Source of the DNA: Candidatus Heimdallarchaeota archaeon
GTDB lineage: Archaea; Asgardarchaeota; Heimdallarchaeia; Heimdallarchaeales; Heimdallarchaeaceae
Direction of reading: 5' to 3'
NCBI GenBank assembly: GCA_030603365.1
Contig: JAUVXV010000004.1
Coordinates: forward strand, 160,001 to 224,000
Length of the DNA stretch: 64,000 nucleotides
Shown: positions 57,644 through 64,000 of the stretch, piece by piece
Layout of the letters: every line of letters starts with the position of its first letter
How positions within the stretch are numbered: the stretch's first letter is position 1
Position numbers and translations under genes: made by a program
The notes under the pieces: generated by a model
What the model saw: only the letters and a program-made list of their open reading frames with translations
Database searches by the model: none
What the model was told of the DNA's origin: nothing

Positions 57644-58414
57644 ATGTTGGACGAAAGAGAACTCGAAAAATACAATCGTCAGATAATAATATCACATTTT
57701 GGAACTAAAGGACAAGTGGCACTAAAAACAAGTAAAGTGTGCGTAGTTGGATTAGGTGGTTTGGGTTCAAGTATTGTCTATTACTTAGCTGTAGCAGGGA
57801 TAGGGTCCCTTGGGTTAATTGATCAAGACCAAGTTGAATTATCAAATTTAAACAGACAAATCTTGCACTACGAGAGTGATAAAGGAAAATTAAAAACAAA
57901 ATCTGCTTCAGAAAAGGTGACTAAACTTAATCCAGATATAAAAATAGTTGAGCATTCAATTATTCTAGATTCATCTAATATTGAGGACTTATTATCTGGA
58001 TATGATTTTGTTGTCGAAGCCAGTGATAACTTTGAAACTAAGTTTTTGGTGAATGACACTTGTTGTAAACTTCGTATCCCTTTTGTTATTGGTGGTGTTT
58101 ATCAGTTTGAAGGTCAGATGATGACAGTTATACCTGGTGAAACTGCATGTTATAGATGTATGTTTAAAGAAATTCCAACGCCTGGTTCATATCCTACAAC
58201 GAGTGAAAATGGTGTGATGGGAACTACAGCTGGTTTGTTGGGGATTATTGAGGCTAATGAAGCGATTAAATACCTAGTCTTCAAAAATCATGAGAAACTG
58301 CTAGTAAACAAAATCTTGTATGCGGATTTACAATACAATTCATACGAAACCTTTCGTATTGAAAGAGATAAAACATGCAAAAGCTGTTCTGAACTTCAGC
58401 TTGACCAAGCGTAG
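57644..58414 (+). CDS. ThiF/MoeB/UbaA (E1-like) adenylyltransferase
   Basis: YNRQI, VVGLGGLGS, VELSNLNRQ, CYRC and CKSC zinc sites. Confidence 0.93.
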   Translation: MLDERELEKYNRQIIISHFGTKGQVALKTSKVCVVGLGGLGSSIVYYLAVAGIGSLGLIDQDQVELSNLNRQILHYESDKGKLKTKSASEKVTKLNPDIKIVEHSIILDSSNIEDLLSGYDFVVEASDNFETKFLVNDTCCKLRIPFVIGGVYQFEGQMMTVIPGETACYRCMFKEIPTPGSYPTTSENGVMGTTAGLLGIIEANEAIKYLVFKNHEKLLVNKILYADLQYNSYETFRIERDKTCKSCSELQLDQA

Positions 58415-58449
58415 TAAACTTTTATATTGTTCATTTTGAATTTAAAATT

Positions 58450-59019
58450 ATGAGCGAAGAAAAGAACTATTTTGTTCATCCTTCAGCTTTTGTTGAAGAA
58501 AATGTTACTATTGGTGAAAGAACCAAAATATGGCACTTAGTTCAAGTAAGAGGGGGCGCTAAAATAGGTGAAGATTGTAATTTTGGAAAATCAGTATTCA
58601 TTGATTCAAACGTTTCTATTGGAAATAATGTTAAAATCCAAAACTTTGTCTCTGTCTATCAAGGAGTTACTATTGAAGATGATGTTTTTATTGGACCTCA
58701 TGTTTGCTTTACTAATGATTATCTTCCACGATCTTTCATTTCTGATTGGAAATTGGTTAAAACTGAAGTGAAAAAAGGTGCATCTATTGGTGCAAATGCA
58801 ACCATTGTGTGTGGGATTACAATCGGTGAGTATGCGATGATTGGAGCAGGTAGTTTGGTTTCCAAAGATGTACCTCATCATGCATTGGTTTATGGTAATC
58901 CTGCTAAGTTCAAGGGATATGTTTGTTCCTGTGGAAACATAGTGAAGAAAACTCAAGACTATTTACTAGAAGGGACAATATTGGAATGTGATAAATGTAA
59001 CAAAACAGTCGTAATTTAG
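58450..59019 (+). CDS. Hexapeptide-repeat sugar N-acetyltransferase (WbpD/WlbB-like) with a C-terminal zinc ribbon
   Basis: TKIWH, VKIQN.VSVY.GV, FTND, GASIGANATIVCG, YGNPA, CSCG...CDKC. Confidence 0.88.
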   Translation: MSEEKNYFVHPSAFVEENVTIGERTKIWHLVQVRGGAKIGEDCNFGKSVFIDSNVSIGNNVKIQNFVSVYQGVTIEDDVFIGPHVCFTNDYLPRSFISDWKLVKTEVKKGASIGANATIVCGITIGEYAMIGAGSLVSKDVPHHALVYGNPAKFKGYVCSCGNIVKKTQDYLLEGTILECDKCNKTVVI

Positions 59020-59226
59020 CTTTCATTTTCTTCATTTTCTATTTCTCTATTGATTTTGTTAAATTGCGTTTTCTTCAACTAGGTTTTTATCGTCGGTGAG
59101 GTAAACCTTAAATAACATTTTCAGTTGGAGTTAAAATGCTGGGTATTCTAGACAACTAGTGTTACAAATCTATAAATGGGTTAACGAACACTACTAGATA
59201 ATTTAATACTTGTATGGGGTTATCAA

Positions 59227-59436
59227 ATGAACTTAATTTCAATAAGGCTTCCGAGTGAATTTGTAGAGATTTTGGATGAGATGGTTCTTCAGGGGCGATA
59301 TGCTTCGAGGTCAGAGGCAATTAGATTAGCATTAAGAGATTTTTATAGAGAACATTATGCTTCAAAACAATCAACAGACTTTCGTTTTCCAAATGTTGAT
59401 TATACTTATAGCAATATAGTTTTTGAAGATGACTAA
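59227..59436 (+). CDS. Ribbon-helix-helix (CopG/Arc, CdrS-like) regulator
   Basis: ISIRLP...LDEMV..GRYASRSEAIRLALRD. Confidence 0.88.
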   Translation: MNLISIRLPSEFVEILDEMVLQGRYASRSEAIRLALRDFYREHYASKQSTDFRFPNVDYTYSNIVFEDD

Positions 59437-59533
59437 TCTAATCTCATAATAAAAGCAGATATATGCCATTTGAAGAAACGCTAGGTTTAACAAATGGGGA
59501 ACCATAATTTTTAGTAATAAGTAGTTGATTCAA

Positions 59534-60613
59534 ATGACAGACATGGTTGATTCTAAAGGTAGTGACGAAGTACAAACTTCTACTGAAGAATTATCTGAAG
59601 ACAAACCACAAACACCATTGTCAAGATTCATCTCAAAATCAAAAAGAGAGGTCTCAACTTTTTCATCTAAAGCATATCAGAAACTTGAACCAATCATTTT
59701 TCCTTTGAAAAATAAATATGTTAGGTATACTCTTTCTGCAATCCTTTTTGGTCTAGTTATTGCGCTCTATGTTCTATATGAAACATATCCTGGAGTTGAA
59801 AATACTGCATTACGTGCTTTTCTTGTTCCGATAGGATTGGTTCTTGCAACAATTCTAGTCTTCTATATAACTTGGGATGATCCCTATTTCAGAAAATATA
59901 GATCTCCAGGAATATATGTTGTAGTATTAACTACTATCTTTTACATTTTCATCTTTACAGACATTTCCGACCTATTGTTTAGCACAACACTTGCAACCTG
60001 GTTAACGAAATCTACTGGTTTTCTTACTTCTTCAATTGTAGAAGCTTTTGGGATAAACATATCTGATGTAGCTTGGCAATCTTTTCCCACATACGAGAAA
60101 GTAAATTGGATGAATAGAACTACATTCTTCCTTAGTTCACCTGAAGAATTAACATCGTATATGTCACTTGTGAGTATAAAATGGATGACTAGAATAGTAT
60201 TCTTTAACGCCCCCAGTGAACAAGGATCTCTGTATATTGACGCTGCTTGTAGTGGTATTCATTCTTTAACAGTTTTTACTGCTGTATTTCTTTTAATGCT
60301 TTTTGAGGCTCGTAAACGCCTTCAATGGACTTACACAACTATCTTAGTAACTCTGATTGGAATCATTGGAACCTACATCATGAATCTAATTAGAATTATG
60401 ATAATAATCTCACTCTATTATTATCAAGGTTCCTCCATTGCTGGTCCAGTGCATAATTATCTGGGCTATGTAATTTTGATTATTTGGCTTCCTATTTTCT
60501 GGTTATATGTTCTCCCTCTTGGTGAGAAGAAGGAAGTAAAACAAGAAAGAAAGTTAAGAAGACAAGAAAAGAAGGAACAAAAGAAGAAAAAGACAGATTT
60601 AGAGCAATTGTAG
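59534..60613 (+). CDS. Exosortase/archaeosortase family protein
   Basis: Multi-TM protein with IDAACSGIHS (Cys), MNLIRI (Arg), PVHNYLG (His). Confidence 0.9.
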   Translation: MTDMVDSKGSDEVQTSTEELSEDKPQTPLSRFISKSKREVSTFSSKAYQKLEPIIFPLKNKYVRYTLSAILFGLVIALYVLYETYPGVENTALRAFLVPIGLVLATILVFYITWDDPYFRKYRSPGIYVVVLTTIFYIFIFTDISDLLFSTTLATWLTKSTGFLTSSIVEAFGINISDVAWQSFPTYEKVNWMNRTTFFLSSPEELTSYMSLVSIKWMTRIVFFNAPSEQGSLYIDAACSGIHSLTVFTAVFLLMLFEARKRLQWTYTTILVTLIGIIGTYIMNLIRIMIIISLYYYQGSSIAGPVHNYLGYVILIIWLPIFWLYVLPLGEKKEVKQERKLRRQEKKEQKKKKTDLEQL

Positions 60614-60614
60614 C

Positions 60615-61763
60615 TCATAGAAATTTTTCATAAACTTCAAGCGTTAATTTTGCAGTATTATCCCAGGTATATTTCTTTGCTATTTCTCTTGAATTCTTTG
60701 CAATTGAGGATAATTGTTGTTTATTGTTCATTACTTCAACTATCTTCTCTGCAAAAGAGCTAACGGTTCTTTCTGTAGTGAGAATTGTATTATCATGTTC
60801 AAAAGTAACAGCTTCGGGGGCTGCTAGAATGGGGGTTTGGCAAGATAATGCCTCTAATAAAGTTAAATTCATTCCTTCATAGTTTGAAGGAAGTAAGAAC
60901 AAATCAACGGAGCTGAAGTAACTATTCTTCATATTGTCTTCAATATAACCTAGATCTATAACTGAATCGGTAAGATTATTTCTTTTCAAACCCTTTGTGA
61001 ATATCTTTCTTTGTTTCAAATCATCGCCAGCAAATAGCAATTTAATGTTTGGATTTTTATTTTTCACTTCTTTTAGTAGTGGTATAAGCATTTCAGAACC
61101 CTTTCTAATCATCATTCTTCCAAGGAATCCTAAAACAAACTCCCCTTCCTTTTTTTCATAAATACACTTTTCATCCTTAGTGTATTTTGTTGTATCTACT
61201 CCATTAGGTACAACAGTGATTTTAGATTCTTCAATAGGATAATTTTCTACTATCTCTTGTTTTATTGGTTTACTAACAGCAATAAGATGATCTGCCTGTT
61301 TCATAAGCTTGTTTTCTATCCTTCTCAATAGGGGATAAGCAACAAGTAATCTTCTTTCAACCCAATTCAAAGTAGCAGATGGTTGTGCTATTATAGACCT
61401 TTGTTCTCCAAAAAAGGTTGTATGAACTGTTTCAATTCTAGGCGTTTTTGTTTTTATTTTCCTAGTAGAGAGCATTGGGAGATTACCATGTATTATTGAG
61501 GGGTTTATTGAATTTAAAACAGAATTAGTTCCCCTCCAATAGCTACTAGAATAAAAGAACCTTGAAGAAATTGTTTTGATGAATTCAATTTTAACGTCTG
61601 ATTTTGTGGGTTTTGGAGTAAGTACTTCATCCCTTAAAGCAGTAACCAAAACAGGATTCCAACTGCTTTGTTTTATGATAGATTTTGCCAATTCTTCACT
61701 ATAAATCCAGGTTGCTCCTCGTCTGTATTCCTGAGTAAGTATGCATGCAGTATTATTATTCAT
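60615..61763 (-). CDS. Glycosyltransferase family 4
   Basis: IAVS, VVPNGVD, FLGRM..RKG, PSNYEGMNLTLLEA. Confidence 0.92.
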   Translation of the reverse strand: MNNNTACILTQEYRRGATWIYSEELAKSIIKQSSWNPVLVTALRDEVLTPKPTKSDVKIEFIKTISSRFFYSSSYWRGTNSVLNSINPSIIHGNLPMLSTRKIKTKTPRIETVHTTFFGEQRSIIAQPSATLNWVERRLLVAYPLLRRIENKLMKQADHLIAVSKPIKQEIVENYPIEESKITVVPNGVDTTKYTKDEKCIYEKKEGEFVLGFLGRMMIRKGSEMLIPLLKEVKNKNPNIKLLFAGDDLKQRKIFTKGLKRNNLTDSVIDLGYIEDNMKNSYFSSVDLFLLPSNYEGMNLTLLEALSCQTPILAAPEAVTFEHDNTILTTERTVSSFAEKIVEVMNNKQQLSSIAKNSREIAKKYTWDNTAKLTLEVYEKFL

Positions 61764-62652
61764 TTTTCAAACCTCTAGTAAGTATATCATTTAAGTTAAT
61801 TGTAGGATATTGATTCTTTTGATTATAAAATTCTGACTGACCTATTGGTTTCATGTCATATTGTACTACCAATTCAAAAATGCTCTCCATCAATGAACGC
61901 AATTTAAGTGGTTCAAATACTGCATGAACGTATAAACAAACATAAGTGGCACTGCTATCAATATGCTCCTGAAACCGTTGTTTGTAGAATTGGATAATTT
62001 CGTTCTTTGTTTTTCCTTGGATCATTAATTCTTCAATCGTTATCTCAGTTACAGGTAACTGCACAATAGATTCATGAGAAGATTCATTCTCTTTATCAAA
62101 TGTAAGTAGAAAAGGAGAATGATAAATAAAATCTGATGCGAATTTAAACTGCTTAGAAGTAAGCATTTTCAAATAAAATGGGTTCACAATGAAATTAGGG
62201 GCAGCATTTGATTGAGGTTGTTTTTCAAATATTCTGTTATACTCTCTTATGGTTAGATCTAGATACTCAGAAGTTTCATCCTTGTTGAACTGAGCAAAAC
62301 GATTTGCCCAACGTATGTGATTGTATCCGTGAGGATGGAATTCAGTGAGTTTATTTGCTTCATACTCTCTTAGCTCCTTCATGATGCTTTCATCAATGTT
62401 CTTAGGTGGGAGCAAAACTCCTCGTAATAAATCTTTCCAGTGATTTCTCTTCCAGATTGGAATTCTTCTTTTAATTGGTTCTCTATTTTTGATTATTCTA
62501 AATATATTTCTTCCTGTAGCATATTTCCCTAAACTTAGATAGTAGGTGAAAGGAAATGAATATTTCTTAGAAAGGTTAATACTCTCAGGGAGAGCTTTAT
62601 GTAACCCCTCCCATGTATCTATGTCGACTCTAAAGCAAAAATTCGTCTCCAC
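61756..62652 (-). CDS. Polysaccharide deacetylase family protein, ArnD-like
   Basis: FRVDIDTWEG, HGYNHIRW, AAP, QLPVT, YVHA..E; likely GTG start at 62652. Confidence 0.8.
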   Translation of the reverse strand: METNFCFRVDIDTWEGLHKALPESINLSKKYSFPFTYYLSLGKYATGRNIFRIIKNREPIKRRIPIWKRNHWKDLLRGVLLPPKNIDESIMKELREYEANKLTEFHPHGYNHIRWANRFAQFNKDETSEYLDLTIREYNRIFEKQPQSNAAPNFIVNPFYLKMLTSKQFKFASDFIYHSPFLLTFDKENESSHESIVQLPVTEITIEELMIQGKTKNEIIQFYKQRFQEHIDSSATYVCLYVHAVFEPLKLRSLMESIFELVVQYDMKPIGQSEFYNQKNQYPTINLNDILTRGLKNE

Positions 62653-62659
62653 TTCTAAG

Positions 62660-63877
62660 TCAGCTCCTTTCAAGCACTCTCTTATAGAGTACCTCAGTAT
62701 CTTCTGCTTTTTTCTCCCAACTGAATTCTTTAACAGCCATGTCATAACCTAATTTGGATAATTCAATTGAACGTTCTTCGGAATCTAGTAATTTCACAAC
62801 CCCTTTAGCTAATTCTTTGGGGTTTTTAGGAGGAACGAGAACACAATTTTTTCCTTGGTCAGTTATCTCTCTTATACCAGGGATATCAGAAGCCACTATC
62901 GCTTTTCTCATCGCCATAGCTTCAAGTACACTTATACTGGATGCTTCAACTATACTTGGAACAACAACTACATCTGCTAAAGCTAAATATGAGGGAATTT
63001 TCTTATTAGGTACCATCCCAATTAACTTGACGTTCTTTTGTAGTTCCCTTTGTTTTACTTCTTTTTCAATCGAGAATCTTTCTGGACCATCACCTACAAT
63101 GATCAATTTTGCAGTAGAATATTTTTTCAATATTTGTTCAAATCCACGAATCAGATGAATTACACCATTTTTGACTACTAATCTTCTAGTGGTCATAATA
63201 ATAGGTCCCTCTTCATTATTTATTTTGGCTTCAGGTAATATATCGGGTTTAAATATCTCTATGTCAACTCCGTTTAAAATAGTGTGAATTTTCTCCTTTG
63301 TTTCTTCTTTACACCAACTTTTTACAATCTGAGCATAATCATAATCTGTGTGAATCTGACAGTCACTTTTTCTTGCTAAATAGGGAGCAAGCTTTCTTTC
63401 CATTTTTCTATAGAACCCAACTTTAAGACGGTTTTTTACCAGCTGATTCCAGTATTTGTAGTAGGATCCATGCATTGTATTGACTATTTTTTTATGATTT
63501 CTCTTTCCTAGAGATACCGCTACTAAACCAGAAGAATAAACATGACCATGAAAAAGGTCAAAATCACTACCATCTATTTCACGTCTTAATAATGGTAAAG
63601 TATTTTTGAATAAGAAGAAGAGCTGACGAGAAAATTTTAGCTGTTGTGGATTATAACTATGCTTTATTGTAGATAACAAATCTAATCTTCTAATCTCTAC
63701 TCCATCAATAGTTGTTTTCTTTTCATTGTTGGGTATAGAACCTGTGATATATGTCACTTTATGTCCTTTTTTTACTAGAGCTTTTGATAGGTTTAATGCA
63801 TGAAGTTCCACGCCACCGCCTATTGAAGAATCGTCATGAGGGCCCAGTTCAAATATCATTGCAATGTTTAAGGACAT
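62660..63877 (-). CDS. Glycosyltransferase family 4 (PIG-A-like N-terminus)
   Basis: [49 protein letters not shown]. Confidence 0.92.
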   Translation of the reverse strand: [405 protein letters not shown]

Positions 63878-63882
63878 CTATA

Positions 63883-63999
63883 TCACTCTTCTTTCATTGG
63901 TTGAAAAATGGCTTGTAATATTCCAATACTCCATGAAATGTGCCCTTCGATAAACATGATAGGTAATAAAAAGATAAATTTCCATTGTTTAAATCTGTA
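63883..63999 (-). CDS. C-terminal fragment of a membrane protein, possibly a GT2 glycosyltransferase (truncated by the window edge)
   Basis: Minus-strand frame YRFKQWKFIFLLPIMFIEGHISWSIGILQAIFQPMKEE* ends 5 nt before the GT4 start. Confidence 0.5.
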   Translation of the reverse strand, partial: YRFKQWKFIFLLPIMFIEGHISWSIGILQAIFQPMKEE

Positions 64000-64000
64000 A

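Noticed and set aside
62652-62745. 86-nt overlap between the GT4 and deacetylase ORFs as a real overlapping-gene feature
   Set aside because: A GTG at 62652 with an upstream GGAG gives a normal non-overlapping start; similar over-extended starts explain the apparent overlaps at 13715-13764, 39286-39328 and 44623-44687
1-64000. CRISPR array, rRNA, transposase/integrase or provirus
   Set aside because: No regularly spaced repeats, no rRNA-like GC-rich block and no recognisable mobile-element protein were seen by eye

Overview
A 64-kb, AT-rich, gene-dense archaeal chromosome segment, most likely from an Asgard archaeon (Heimdallarchaeia-like; inferred from gene content, no phylogeny run). Archaeal markers include egsA, aCPSF1/FttA, eS26, uS19, TrmY, TrmI, NIP7, UPF0179, A/V-ATPase subunit E and an intron-containing tRNA-Arg(UCG) with a bulge-helix-bulge motif. 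Bacterial-type genes include uvrBC, mutSL, metK and deoC. Eukaryote-signature-like genes include a presenilin, a ribophorin I, a zinc-ribbon/Yip1 protein and a possible mu-homology (delta-COP/adaptin) domain protein. No CRISPR array, rRNA or recognisable mobile element was seen. Three candidate systems stand out: (1) a left-edge operon of [truncated gene]-vWA-highly divergent SpoVR-like protein-HEAT repeat protein; (2) a right-edge envelope locus with ribophorin I, a sugar N-acetyltransferase, an exosortase/archaeosortase, two GT4 enzymes (one PIG-A-like) and an ArnD-like deacetylase, plus candidate non-PGF sorting-signal substrates elsewhere in the window; (3) a divergent bactofilin/ArsR pair that share a SHOCT-like motif and flank tandem palindromes. 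An S9-peptidase pseudogene missed by the ORF track lies at 21216-21656. All family calls come from motif recognition by eye, not from database searches.
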